A stretch of DNA of 64,000 nt from Candidatus Dojkabacteria bacterium (GTDB lineage Bacteria; Patescibacteriota; Dojkabacteria; B142; JAFGMG01): assembly GCA_016927655.1 (NCBI GenBank), contig JAFGMG010000012.1, forward strand, positions 42,618 to 106,617. The letters run 5' to 3'. A program made the position numbers and the translations under genes. The notes under the pieces are model-generated. The model saw only the letters and a program-made list of their open reading frames with translations, searched no databases and was not told the origin of the DNA. Below, one piece after another: positions 48,482-59,056 of the stretch. Numbering within the stretch: position 1 is the stretch's first letter; the number at the start of each line of letters is the position of its first letter.

Positions 48482-50368
48482 CTACGAAGTCTTCAGTGCC
48501 TCCAAAAAAGCCTCCTTTGGAATTTCGACCTTCCCAAACATTTTCATTCTCTTCTTTCCCTTTTTCTGCTTTTCAAGAAGCTTTTTCTTTCTAGTCACGT
48601 CACCACCATATAGCTTAGCAGTTACATCTTTTTTGTAGGCATCAATAGTCTCTCTTGCAATTACTTTCCCTCCAATAGCAGACTGGATTGGCACTTTGAA
48701 CTGCTGTCTTGGAATTATATCTTTTAACTTTGCTACAACTGCTTTGCCTTTCGCAAAAGAATTGTCCCTGTGAGTTAGAAATGAAAGTGCTTCCACCTCC
48801 AGGTAATTAACCAAGATGCTCACTTTGACAATATCAGAAGTCCTGTATTCATAAAACTCATAATCCATCGAAGCATAACCCTGACTGATTGATTTCAATT
48901 TATCAAAATAGTTCACAATTATTTCTCCAGTTGGAATTTCATACTTGAGTATTACGTGCTTTTTACCTTTAATCGTTTCATCCCCAGTCACATATTCCAT
49001 TAATTTATACACACCTCTTGCTGCTTGTGAGATTTCCATAATAGATCCGATGTATTCTTCCGGAGTGATTATTTCTAATTTAACCCAAGGTTCTTTAACT
49101 TCTTCAATGAGTGACATGTCCGGGAATTCCGCAGCATTTCTAATATTTAAATACTCGCCTTCAATATTTGCCACGTTAAGATTTGGAATTTTTGAATAAT
49201 CCTTCGTAGTAAGTTTGATTTTGTATTCAACAGTAGGAGTGGTAGAAATAAGCGAAACGTCAAATTCCCTTTCAAGCCTTTCCTGAGTAATTTCAAGATG
49301 TAAAAGCCCAAGGAATCCGCAGACAAAACCAGATCCAAGAACGGGAGAATTCTCCCTTTGGACGGTCAAGGCTGAATCATTCAAGGCAAGCTTCTCAATC
49401 GCATCTGCTAATTCTTCAAATTCATCACTCTCAATAGGATATAAAGAGGCATATACCATTGGTTTTGGAGGATGATAGCCGGGAAGCGGATCAATGTCTT
49501 TATTGCTTTGATAATCAGAATTCAAAACTATAGTATCTCCGATATGAATTGCTTTGATATCTTTGAGCCCCGTTGCTATGTAGCCGACCTCGCCAAGATC
49601 TATCTGCCTATCCTTTTGCATTCTTGGGAGCAGGTAGCCGATTTCAATTGGTTCAATTTCAGTCTTTGTTTCAATTGTGTGCAGATTTTCATCAGCGTTG
49701 ATCTCCCCCTCCATGACTTTGACCATTGCCACTACACCTTTGTGCTCATCATAGAATGAATCAAATATCAGCGCCTTTGTGACGCCATTATTTGCAGGTT
49801 CTGGAGGCGGGACTTTTTTTACAATCATGTCTAAAAGGTTTTCCACTCCGAGACCAGTCTTACCGGAAGTTTCGACGATTTCATCCGGATCAAACCCAAA
49901 AGTGGCTATCAATTCTTCTTTTGTGCTATCGACATCAGCGCTTGGCAAATCGACTTTGTTGATAACAGGAATGATCGTAAGATTGTGTTCGAGTGCTTTG
50001 TAGACAGTAGTAAGAGTTTGAGCTTGAATGCCCTGAGTCGCATCGACAAGTAATATCGCGCCTTCCGAGGCTGCAAGCGATCTGGAAACTTCATATGAGA
50101 AATCCACATGCCCAGGCGTGTCGATGAGATTTAGAACATAGTCTTTGTAGTGCATCCTCACTGTCTGGAGTTTGATTGTAATGCCCCTCTCCTGTTCCAA
50201 TTCAAGTGTATCAAGCATTCTATCTTTGCTTTCGCGCTTCTCCACTGCCCCGGTAAATTCCATAATTCGATCAGCCAAAGTCGATTTGCCATGATCGATA
50301 TGTGCAATGATCGAGAAATTCCGAATTTTATTGAGTGCTTTTGTTTTTTCCAGGTCCAAATTTGCCAT
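48482..50368 (-). CDS. lepA: Elongation factor 4
   Basis: IRNFSIIAHIDHGKSTLADR, ERGITIK, DTPGHVDF, GFLGLLH, YGGDVTRKKKLLEKQKKGK. Confidence 0.97.
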   Translation of the reverse strand: MANLDLEKTKALNKIRNFSIIAHIDHGKSTLADRIMEFTGAVEKRESKDRMLDTLELEQERGITIKLQTVRMHYKDYVLNLIDTPGHVDFSYEVSRSLAASEGAILLVDATQGIQAQTLTTVYKALEHNLTIIPVINKVDLPSADVDSTKEELIATFGFDPDEIVETSGKTGLGVENLLDMIVKKVPPPEPANNGVTKALIFDSFYDEHKGVVAMVKVMEGEINADENLHTIETKTEIEPIEIGYLLPRMQKDRQIDLGEVGYIATGLKDIKAIHIGDTIVLNSDYQSNKDIDPLPGYHPPKPMVYASLYPIESDEFEELADAIEKLALNDSALTVQRENSPVLGSGFVCGFLGLLHLEITQERLEREFDVSLISTTPTVEYKIKLTTKDYSKIPNLNVANIEGEYLNIRNAAEFPDMSLIEEVKEPWVKLEIITPEEYIGSIMEISQAARGVYKLMEYVTGDETIKGKKHVILKYEIPTGEIIVNYFDKLKSISQGYASMDYEFYEYRTSDIVKVSILVNYLEVEALSFLTHRDNSFAKGKAVVAKLKDIIPRQQFKVPIQSAIGGKVIARETIDAYKKDVTAKLYGGDVTRKKKLLEKQKKGKKRMKMFGKVEIPKEAFLEALKTS

Positions 50369-50545
50369 AGGATGATTATATCAGGTTTCGACTGAGCTGG
50401 CGGGTATGTCTAGTCACTGATGGCCTGACTTACTTTCTGTCACAATTATTAACAAGGAAATGCAATGTGAAACCAAAATGTGCCACATAGTAAATCATCC
50501 TGTTTGAGCATATACCTCCCAGGTACCGGTCAAAGTAAAGAAAAA

Positions 50546-50574
50546 TTGACTCCGATCTACACCTCTTCTATACT
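50546..50574 (+). promoter_or_regulatory. Sigma70 promoter for the TPR gene
   Basis: TTGACT-N17-TATACT. Confidence 0.65.
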
Positions 50575-50618
50575 GATTGCAATCCAGTTAAGAGAATAAT
50601 TCTTACCGTCCAAATTAA

Positions 50619-52025
50619 ATGAAAAAATACCTGACCAAAATAAATATAGCCATCGGAGTCGTGGTTCTTTTAAGTATTGCAGCTCTTGTTTATTATTTCT
50701 TCTTCTTCAACAGCCGCCCGGGAACAAATCCATATTATGACGACGCTGAAGTTCTTTATTCAAACAGGGAATATTCAAGTGCACTTGCCAAATACAAGGA
50801 GGCTGTGAATTACGATCCGCAAAGAACTGATGGTTATCTTAAGGCTGCAGAAATTTTGGAGTTGAAAGGCGACACTCCTGAAGCACTAAATATCCTTCTT
50901 GCTGGAGTTGATTTTGCAGATAATCAGGCAAAATTAAAGAATGAAATTGCAAAGACATATATAAGTCTTGGCGAATATGCCAACGCTGTTTCATTTGCTA
51001 ATAATGCTGCCAGCAATTCGACTGAAATTGAGTATAAGAAAAATTACATCAGTTACCTATTCATCAATGACGAAATCGAAAAAGGATTGAATGAAGCTAA
51101 AAATATCAGCTCGGGGAACAGCATACAAAATGAATACATAAAAGCAGTTGCAAATTTTGAGGATCCGCAGGATGCCTACAATCATGCAGAAAGCGCAAAT
51201 TCAAATGACCCGGAACAAAAATATTCCGGATTGATGGAAGCGATAGACCTTGAACTAGACGATGAGGAGAAGCAGATTGAGAGTAGGATGAAAATTGCTG
51301 ATTTCGCTTTTGCTCAAGGCGACTATGCCCTTGCAATGCCAATACTTCGATCTGTTAGAGAAAGTAATCAATATTATGAAGGAAGCTATATCTATGAGGC
51401 ATATATTCTGCAGAATTACAAAAAATTTGATGAATCTATTGAACTGCTGGATGCTGCTACGCTTTATGCTCCGCAAAACCATGACATTTTCAGGCTTTTA
51501 GCAAACGCTTATTTAAACCTTGACAATTATGAAAGCGCTTTAGAAAACATTGTGAAAGCGGGGCAGATACTGCCTGATAATTTTGAAATCAAATATCTCG
51601 AGTATCAGATTTATCTGGAACAGGATAATTTCACGAAGGCTCTGGAGCTTGCAGACTGGTTTTTAGATCAAAATGCGCAGGATTATGAATTTATCAAGTT
51701 CAAAGCGATGCTGCTTTATGATCTGGAGAAATTCAAAGAACTGGCGAGCTTTGCCTCATCTTACGAAGATAAAGAAAACCTCAGCGATGAACAACAGGCA
51801 GAGATGAAAGCATTCAAATCCTGGGCTCTTCTAAAAACTGGAGAAACTGCCAAAGCCGCCGAAGAAATAACACTTGCCCAGAAATTATTTGAGAACAGCG
51901 CTTATGTGCAGTATTTTTCCAGCTTGATCGACTCAGAAAACGGCAACGAAAAAGAAGCCGCGGCTGAACTTGAAAGGGCCCGTGACCTTGATACTGGGGG
52001 CATTATCACAAGCTGGACTGATTAA
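50619..52025 (+). CDS. Membrane-anchored tetratricopeptide repeat protein
   Basis: N-terminal TM and repeated A...Y..A...DP helical pattern. Confidence 0.8.
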   Translation: MKKYLTKINIAIGVVVLLSIAALVYYFFFFNSRPGTNPYYDDAEVLYSNREYSSALAKYKEAVNYDPQRTDGYLKAAEILELKGDTPEALNILLAGVDFADNQAKLKNEIAKTYISLGEYANAVSFANNAASNSTEIEYKKNYISYLFINDEIEKGLNEAKNISSGNSIQNEYIKAVANFEDPQDAYNHAESANSNDPEQKYSGLMEAIDLELDDEEKQIESRMKIADFAFAQGDYALAMPILRSVRESNQYYEGSYIYEAYILQNYKKFDESIELLDAATLYAPQNHDIFRLLANAYLNLDNYESALENIVKAGQILPDNFEIKYLEYQIYLEQDNFTKALELADWFLDQNAQDYEFIKFKAMLLYDLEKFKELASFASSYEDKENLSDEQQAEMKAFKSWALLKTGETAKAAEEITLAQKLFENSAYVQYFSSLIDSENGNEKEAAAELERARDLDTGGIITSWTD

Positions 52026-52036
52026 TTGTAACATTC

Positions 52037-52690
52037 ATGAAGAGGCTGGTCCTTCTGAGAAAATTTCAAAAGAATTTTGTACGCCTTGCTTTGAGTTTAC
52101 TTGTCGCGGGCATATTTTTTTCAGCATTTATGCTACTACGCAGCCCATTGCAGGATGTATTAGAACCAGACAGACAGGAAATGAATTTTGATTATGAAAT
52201 TATCCAGAATAATGCCGGCAGTGTTCAGGGAGTCAGCACCAAAATTTCCTCATTGAAAGTTGAGACGCTGGATTCAAGAGGCTGGGTATTCGACCAGTAT
52301 TTGAAAAATAACGATTCTCCTCTAGCAGGCCATGGCGAGGATTTTGTAAATGCCTGTGATAAATTCAACACCCCGCACGACTGCACACTTTTAATCGCAA
52401 TTGCAAAGGTCGAGACGAATCTCTGCAAGACGGGGATTTCATCTAAACAGTATAACTGCTGGGGCTATGGCGGATCGGGAGAAAACAGAATCATATACAC
52501 GAGCTTTGAACAGGCGATTGACGATATCACGGGCAGACTGATGAATGGCTACAGAGCCAGGTTTTTCGAAGATCCGGAAGCAGGAGAACTTTTTTACTGC
52601 GGCGCACACTGTAATAGCTGGGGCGATAAAGTCAAAGATGTGCAAAATGAGCTAAAGGCATATGCGAAAGAACTGGGATATGAGCTTTAA
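52037..52690 (+). CDS. Membrane-anchored lysozyme-like (glucosaminidase-like) domain protein
   Basis: SPL, LLIAIAKVET, YNCWGYG, SFEQAI. Confidence 0.6.
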   Translation: MKRLVLLRKFQKNFVRLALSLLVAGIFFSAFMLLRSPLQDVLEPDRQEMNFDYEIIQNNAGSVQGVSTKISSLKVETLDSRGWVFDQYLKNNDSPLAGHGEDFVNACDKFNTPHDCTLLIAIAKVETNLCKTGISSKQYNCWGYGGSGENRIIYTSFEQAIDDITGRLMNGYRARFFEDPEAGELFYCGAHCNSWGDKVKDVQNELKAYAKELGYEL

Positions 52691-54996
52691 TCTTCAAACG
52701 TCTGATCAAACTGCCTGTCTTCCTGACCGATGAATTTCGGAATTGTAGCTGTAAATGTCGAGCCTTTACCAATTTCACTCTTCACATCAATTTTTCCATT
52801 CATAAGTTTCATCAGGTTAAAAGCAACATAAAGTCCAAGACCTGTTCCTCCAGGCCTTACCACACCATTTCCATCCGCACCCTTTGAAGTTGGAATATGC
52901 TGTTTTGCTCTAAAAAACTTCTTGCCAAGGTATTTCATATCTTCTTTAGCTATTCCAATTCCTTCATCTGTAACAGTAAATAGCACGTTCTTGTCGTTCT
53001 CCGTAATTTCAACTGTGACCTCGCCTTCTAAAGTATATTTGATTGCATTACTGACAAGATTATCTATTACTTCCTGGAATCTTGTTTTGTCTGCATAAAT
53101 CAAAGTTTCCTTCTTTGGTTTGGTGTAGACAATTTTGACATCTTTTTCTTTTGCAAAGTGCTCGTGTGCTTCTATTGCATTCTCAACTACCTGATTGGCA
53201 TCAAGCTGAGTAAGAAGCAGCTGGATTCTATTTGATTCGACTTTAGTTGCAGAAAGCAGAGTCTCTACAAGGTCAAGCTCTCTTTTTGCTCCCTCTGAGG
53301 CTTTTTCAATATAATTTGCAAGCTCACTTTCTGTAATTTTTTCTTTCTTTTTAATCTTTGATTGCAGAATCATCAGGGAATTTCTGACTATTGTAATTGG
53401 TGTTCGAAGCTCGTGACCCATGACATCGATCATATCTCTTTCCTGCCTGCGGACTTCTTCGAGCTTATCTAAAGTATCTTCAAGATCTTTATTTTTCTGT
53501 GAAATTTCTTCTGTTGCCTCATCGATACGCTTTTGAAGATTTTTATTGAGATCTTCGACTTCGAGGTAATAAAGTGAACGTGTAATTGCAAGGCCTAGTG
53601 TTGTGGCTATCCCATCGAGATATCCAACATCCTGATTTGTATATGGGCTGTCGGCTTCTTTTTCACCGATTAGCAGCATTGCGAAATTTTCTTCACTTTG
53701 CTTAAGAGGCATAATAATTTTGAGTTTGCTGCTAGCCATGCTTTTCATCACAGCTTCAATTTCGCTTTCAAGTCCCCGGAAATGCCTCGGTATTTCGAGT
53801 TCAAGTTCGTCGTAAACAATTGGGAATTTGCCTGCTTTATCCCATATGGCTTTGAGTTTTTCGAGACTTTCCATTTTAACTTCTTTTTTGTCCCCAAGTT
53901 CTTGTAGGTATTTTTTCTCTGCTGACTTCTCGAAGTCCTCGCCAGGAATAACAAGCACTGCCTGGTATTTAGCGCGTATTGTTCTACTGAGAGTTTCTAG
54001 AGTTGACTGTGAAATATCTCTAATACTCAAGTGTGTAGCGATTTTTCTTGAAAGCTGGTCTGTTTCTTCAAGCGGATCGTAGCCTGGATTGATGATTCTG
54101 GTACGAACCTGCTTTCGCAGGAAATTATTCAACCAAACAAACACCATTGCAAAGATAATCGCATTTGGAATACCAGATAAAACACCCCCCGTTGTCTCAC
54201 TCCCGCCAAAAGAAATAATATCAAAGAAGTAGATGGTGAAATAAGTCAGATAAAACAAAGAGCCAATAAGGGCATAGTAAACAATGCGGCCGACGAGGAT
54301 ACGAACGTCGAGGAATTGATAGCGTAAAATTGCATAAGTCACAGATAAGGTGAAGAATGTTGTACCAAGGGGTCCATAATGTTGAAGTAAAAAATTGCCG
54401 AAAAGATAAGGTAGAAATAGATTTGTGGAGATAGCAAAAATACTTGAGAGAACTATTCCTATTGTTATTATCGTAATTTGTCGTTTAGAAATTTTTTCAC
54501 TTCTTCTTCTCTTGATTAATAAAATTATTACACTAACTAGCATGGAACCTGCAAAATGGAGAATAAATAGAGGATATAAAATGCCATATATTGTATTATA
54601 CTCACCGTTTAAATATTCTTCTTTCTCATCAATGTATGGAGAAAATATAGTTATGTACACTAAGAATAACGTTAGTGCCGTGTATACAATCTTTATGAAA
54701 TGCTTCTTAATCAGACTATTCCCTTCTGGAAATTCGTTCGTAAAAAAGAGAACAAAATACCCTAAACTGGTTGTAGCTACAAAGTTTATCCTACCCCAAA
54801 ATAGAAATGCTGCTTCGCTTCTATATAAACTTAAATATAGTTCCAATGAAAATATCCAGCCAACAAGTGAACAGACCAGAAAGAAGAATAATTGATTAAG
54901 TCTTTTCCCGGGTTTATAACCTAAAATCAATAATCCTAAAATACTATTCAGTGAAATACTGATTATTGTTATCAACTCGGTTAACTGCATATTCAA
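52687..54996 (-). CDS. Sensor histidine kinase with N-terminal 7TM region and GAF-like domain
   Basis: Multi-TM N-terminus ending YAILRYQFLDV, LLIGEK...PYTNQD, GHELRTP, NLVSNAIKYT, GTGLGL. Confidence 0.9.
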   Translation of the reverse strand: MNMQLTELITIISISLNSILGLLILGYKPGKRLNQLFFFLVCSLVGWIFSLELYLSLYRSEAAFLFWGRINFVATTSLGYFVLFFTNEFPEGNSLIKKHFIKIVYTALTLFLVYITIFSPYIDEKEEYLNGEYNTIYGILYPLFILHFAGSMLVSVIILLIKRRRSEKISKRQITIITIGIVLSSIFAISTNLFLPYLFGNFLLQHYGPLGTTFFTLSVTYAILRYQFLDVRILVGRIVYYALIGSLFYLTYFTIYFFDIISFGGSETTGGVLSGIPNAIIFAMVFVWLNNFLRKQVRTRIINPGYDPLEETDQLSRKIATHLSIRDISQSTLETLSRTIRAKYQAVLVIPGEDFEKSAEKKYLQELGDKKEVKMESLEKLKAIWDKAGKFPIVYDELELEIPRHFRGLESEIEAVMKSMASSKLKIIMPLKQSEENFAMLLIGEKEADSPYTNQDVGYLDGIATTLGLAITRSLYYLEVEDLNKNLQKRIDEATEEISQKNKDLEDTLDKLEEVRRQERDMIDVMGHELRTPITIVRNSLMILQSKIKKKEKITESELANYIEKASEGAKRELDLVETLLSATKVESNRIQLLLTQLDANQVVENAIEAHEHFAKEKDVKIVYTKPKKETLIYADKTRFQEVIDNLVSNAIKYTLEGEVTVEITENDKNVLFTVTDEGIGIAKEDMKYLGKKFFRAKQHIPTSKGADGNGVVRPGGTGLGLYVAFNLMKLMNGKIDVKSEIGKGSTFTATIPKFIGQEDRQFDQTFED

Positions 54997-55034
54997 CTTG
55001 CTATTAACTATTACTTATAAACAATATAGCAGAT

Positions 55035-55829
55035 CTAGCTTAAATTTAAAATCAAGCATTTTACGCCCCCACCCGTTTTTATGTATTCACTTACGTCTAG
55101 TTTGTGTACTATGAACCCTGCCTTGATTATATCCTCCTCCAACTTTTCTGAAATTCGCGAACTTATAAATACATTTTTTCCATCCGAAAATATATTACAT
55201 CCAAAATTTAACGCATCATCATAGGATACTTCAATGACATGTTTTACATTTCCAAGTATCCAATCATAATCACTATTTTTGAATCCGAGAGGACAAACCA
55301 GAGATACTTCTGGACTTATCATAGAAAAACAGACATCAAGATGATAAAAATATGGATCAATGAGTTCAACAAGTTTTACCTTTTTAATTTTAAGATGTTT
55401 TATAATGTCTTCATATGCCTCTTTATCTGCACGTATTCCATAACTTGCGAGAAGCCAATCTCCCACAATTACAGAACAGGCCTCTCCCTCCCAAACCATA
55501 TTTTTAGGTAAATTTACTACTTCAAACCCATTAGAAGTAAACCATTTCATGAAGTATTTCTTTTCGCTCTGCCTTTCCTCGTCTCTGAAACTACTTAATA
55601 TAACTTTTTCCCCAACAACCATTCCAGCATTTGCAGCAAAAACCATATCTGGAAGATGCTCTTCCGAATTACATACCGACACCTTAACATTGGCGGTCTC
55701 TAATTCATTTCTGACTTTATTCCATTGCCTTTTTGCTAAATCCTTATTGATACTCTGATTAAGATTCATCCAAGGATTAATCGAATATTTCAGATCGTAA
55801 TTTTTTGGATCAACAAGTAATATTTTCAT
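55035..55829 (-). CDS. Guanidino-modifying (amidinotransferase superfamily) enzyme, ArgZ-like arginine dihydrolase/DDAH type
   Basis: Y.INPWM, QW, LPDMVFAANAG, WEG, FYHLD.CF, E..K.GGGVKCL. Confidence 0.85.
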   Translation of the reverse strand: MKILLVDPKNYDLKYSINPWMNLNQSINKDLAKRQWNKVRNELETANVKVSVCNSEEHLPDMVFAANAGMVVGEKVILSSFRDEERQSEKKYFMKWFTSNGFEVVNLPKNMVWEGEACSVIVGDWLLASYGIRADKEAYEDIIKHLKIKKVKLVELIDPYFYHLDVCFSMISPEVSLVCPLGFKNSDYDWILGNVKHVIEVSYDDALNFGCNIFSDGKNVFISSRISEKLEEDIIKAGFIVHKLDVSEYIKTGGGVKCLILNLS

Positions 55830-57157
55830 CCTACAGTGAGTAATTCCGCCTCAAGGCTGTTTGCGTATTCTTTGGCTTTTTCAATTCTATCGGAAGCAAT
55901 ATAATTATCTACCCTCAAATCAAGTACTCTTAAAGTTTCCGCAACTTTTGATGCATTCATAAGATCCTGAGAAAAAACGACATAATCAAAGTCATTGTTA
56001 TACAATGTATTTAGGATATTACGGTTTCCAAGCAAAGAGTTTGTCTTCAATATTTTCATAATTCTTTCAAGACTAAAAGCAAATCCTGTGGCAAAAAGTA
56101 TTGGTTTCACAAGCGACTTTCCCATTATCTTGTTTACAAAATAATCATACCTTCCACCCCCAGCAATCTCGGATACAATTCCTTTTCCAATATGGACATC
56201 TGCTTGGAATGTTAATTTATTATAATACTCCTGACTTCTTGTAACAGATGTATCAATAACGACCTTCATTCCTAAATTTTCAAAGTATTTTGTTAACAAG
56301 TAAAGGTCGGCAAGTGCTTCTTGAGGGAAGCCTTTTAGTTTATTTTTAATATCTTCACTACTCAGATATCCATTGTATAATATTTTCCACTTCTTAATTA
56401 ATCGAGAACTAATATTAATCTCATGGAGATACTTATCTATCCTGGCTAATTCAGTACTTAGTAACTTTTTTTTATTCTGGGCCCTAAAGGAAGCAATATT
56501 ATCTAAATGGTTTTTTACAGCATTCTGCTTGTTAACATTAAGCTTCGATTTTTCCGCTAGGAAACGGAATAATCTTACGTCATTTACCCGCACAATAATG
56601 CTTTCTGATTCGAGTCCTATTTTGACAAGACTGTTTATCAGTAGCTGAATAATCTCAATATCCGCCTTTATACTTCCGATTCCCAAATATTCCGCTCCAA
56701 TCTGTACGAATTCTCTTAATTTAGTATCTGACAATGTAGAAACCAGTTCATTTCTGAAACAATTTGACGTATAAAATAATTTCACTGGTTTTCCATTTTT
56801 AAATCTACTGTCACATGCTTCTATTTTTGAACTTACCCACCTGCAAAGAGATGTTGTTCCTTCTGGAATTAAAAAATATTTCCCCTCCATACTATCCACA
56901 TCTTCGTAAGCCTTATTATAATCTCGAGCAGTAACAGCAAATAAGCTTTTAGGATGGAAGTTGGGCCAAGGATGTGTCCCGACATATTCACTAGAAAAAA
57001 ATTTCTGATGTTCCAAGGTAGGAATTTTTAATTTATCAAACCCGCACTTGTAAAAGTAATTACTTATACTTGATAAAACAAAGTCTTGTGCATATGAATC
57101 TTCGTAGCAGTATTCATTAAATCCTGCTGGAGAAGAAAACCTTGAATTTTGTCTCAT
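55826..57157 (-). CDS. Divergent histidyl-tRNA synthetase/HisZ-like paralog
   Basis: P.GF, PTLE, LIPEGT, FRNE...REFVQIGAE, RSQEYY, GGGRYD, GFAFSLER, short anticodon-like tail. Confidence 0.8.
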   Translation of the reverse strand: MRQNSRFSSPAGFNEYCYEDSYAQDFVLSSISNYFYKCGFDKLKIPTLEHQKFFSSEYVGTHPWPNFHPKSLFAVTARDYNKAYEDVDSMEGKYFLIPEGTTSLCRWVSSKIEACDSRFKNGKPVKLFYTSNCFRNELVSTLSDTKLREFVQIGAEYLGIGSIKADIEIIQLLINSLVKIGLESESIIVRVNDVRLFRFLAEKSKLNVNKQNAVKNHLDNIASFRAQNKKKLLSTELARIDKYLHEINISSRLIKKWKILYNGYLSSEDIKNKLKGFPQEALADLYLLTKYFENLGMKVVIDTSVTRSQEYYNKLTFQADVHIGKGIVSEIAGGGRYDYFVNKIMGKSLVKPILFATGFAFSLERIMKILKTNSLLGNRNILNTLYNNDFDYVVFSQDLMNASKVAETLRVLDLRVDNYIASDRIEKAKEYANSLEAELLTVG

Positions 57158-57173
57158 ATGTTAGTAGTAAAAA

Positions 57174-58220
57174 TTATTGTTTCACTAAATATTTCAATCT
57201 CAATGCTTTTAATGCTAATAGTAATCTATTCGGAGATTCTGCAAAACCTAACAGATCCCCGACTCTAATAGAGAATATATATCTGTCCTGTCTCTCGACA
57301 GTGGGTACTGGGTATCTTTTCATCTTGAGATTTTCGGCAAACTTCATCACCGGCAATTTTCTTTTTGGTAGATATGGCACATAAATACCTGGATGTATTC
57401 CTTTCCGATCAAGCTGATATGTATCATGTTTATTAAACATCTCAGCCAACTCTTCTTTCTCAAGATCCGTACCTGTGATACCCTCTCTAGTCAATAACCG
57501 TCTCTCCTCTTCGCTTAAAGGCTTATGCCCTTTTGTTGTGAGTAAAATATGAGTATCTGCATTAACTCTTCTGACCTGTGTCACCGCTCTTAACAAATCT
57601 CTTGTGAGAGTACGGAAAGGCTCAAGACCACTACGATAATCAGAAGCAATGAATAATTCGCTCCAATACACCGATAGCTCAGGTAATTGAAAAAACAAAT
57701 CCTTCCTAAATTCCTCTGGAGTTATTTCTATAGTTTGTTCTAGGAATTTCTTAAGGTCATCATATAACTTCTCATTATCGAGAGTTTTAAGTATCCCTAA
57801 ACCAATTGGTTGCCCCTCTGAATTCCAAATAATCGAAATCACATCCTCAGCTTTTAGGAGTGCTATTTCATCTAGTAACATACTGGCATTTGTATCTTCT
57901 TCTAACCATTCCTCTTGAAATACTCTTGAATAAGTATGTCCCAAATCATTCAAGGCCGCATTTGTTCTACTATATTCATCACCAACATAAGGAGCTATCT
58001 GGTCACCCCTATGCGTCGATATAAATAACTTATGGCCTGCCTCATTCTCTGCTGTTGATATAGAGACCATTCCCACTTCAGAAAGAGCTGGGATTAGAGC
58101 AATAGCATCGCGAGGATCCTTTTCCCCGTACAAATCTTGAAATACCCATGAACTTGTGTCCATGGGACCTAAATTAGGGATTGTAACTATCTCACCCATC
58201 CTAATCATCTTATATATCAC
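57174..58220 (-). CDS. Hypothetical protein with a probable GNAT-like fold
   Basis: TYSRVFQEEW, EGQPIGLG, YWSELFIASDYRSG (motif-A-like). Confidence 0.5.
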   Translation of the reverse strand: MIYKMIRMGEIVTIPNLGPMDTSSWVFQDLYGEKDPRDAIALIPALSEVGMVSISTAENEAGHKLFISTHRGDQIAPYVGDEYSRTNAALNDLGHTYSRVFQEEWLEEDTNASMLLDEIALLKAEDVISIIWNSEGQPIGLGILKTLDNEKLYDDLKKFLEQTIEITPEEFRKDLFFQLPELSVYWSELFIASDYRSGLEPFRTLTRDLLRAVTQVRRVNADTHILLTTKGHKPLSEEERRLLTREGITGTDLEKEELAEMFNKHDTYQLDRKGIHPGIYVPYLPKRKLPVMKFAENLKMKRYPVPTVERQDRYIFSIRVGDLLGFAESPNRLLLALKALRLKYLVKQ

Positions 58221-58267
58221 AAATCATTATATATTATACCAAAAACATATCCTATAGTATAGCCCAA

Positions 58268-59056
58268 TCAGCTGATCAACCTCCTGACAACCTGTAAGAA
58301 TTTACTATTTGGTATATATTCTATTGACTCAAAACGCGGATAATTCCATAAAGGTTCTCTATAAAGACTCATCTTTATATTAAAACACTCAACCCTCAAT
58401 CCTATTTCTCTTGATTCAAGAGAATTAAAATTATATTGGTTGTTATCTACCTCATCCCATATATTCTTAATATCTGGATATTTCTCAACTACTTTCTCAT
58501 TCCTCCTATACCAAGTATCATCTCGCATAAATTCCATTTGTTTTTTAACTCTGCCAAGTTGATAGTAAAGCATTTCCATATATTTATCTGTTTGAAGATA
58601 TTTCTTGATCATATAGCTATCATCTACTAGCAAAGCCACAACTGAATCCCCTAGAATTTTCGAAACTGTCTCACGATACTTGTCTCCTAATAGCCTTTTA
58701 AAAATTTTCTCAAAACCTTTCGAAAAATACAGCATCCTGAACCTATCATCAAGCATATATGCATATACATTATTATTTGTATAATGATTTCTTAAAACTT
58801 CGATTGCTTTTTGTACTTCATCGTCTGACGCAGGTTCTGCTATCGTTCCAATAAGATAGTCAACTTCCCTGTCATTTAATAATAATATCTTACCAATATA
58901 TAAGACAGTCTCCTTACTCGGATTGACCTTGCCGCTCTCTATTCTCGAAATCATGCCTACAGAAGCGTTCATGGCCAGCTCGAGGTCCATCTGGCTCATT
59001 CCAGCTCTTTTTCTGAAGTATTTAATTCTTCGGCCCAATGTCTTTGCGTCAATCAT
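58268..59056 (-). CDS. XRE HTH regulator with a PAS/MmyB-like C-terminal domain
   Basis: GMSQMDLE..ISRIESGKVNP; AYMLDDRFRMLYFSKGF. Confidence 0.8.
   Translation of the reverse strand: MIDAKTLGRRIKYFRKRAGMSQMDLELAMNASVGMISRIESGKVNPSKETVLYIGKILLLNDREVDYLIGTIAEPASDDEVQKAIEVLRNHYTNNNVYAYMLDDRFRMLYFSKGFEKIFKRLLGDKYRETVSKILGDSVVALLVDDSYMIKKYLQTDKYMEMLYYQLGRVKKQMEFMRDDTWYRRNEKVVEKYPDIKNIWDEVDNNQYNFNSLESREIGLRVECFNIKMSLYREPLWNYPRFESIEYIPNSKFLQVVRRLIS

Noticed and set aside
48210-48638. 142-aa plus-strand ORF
   Set aside because: TTG start, overlaps the lepA 3' end antisense, no motifs
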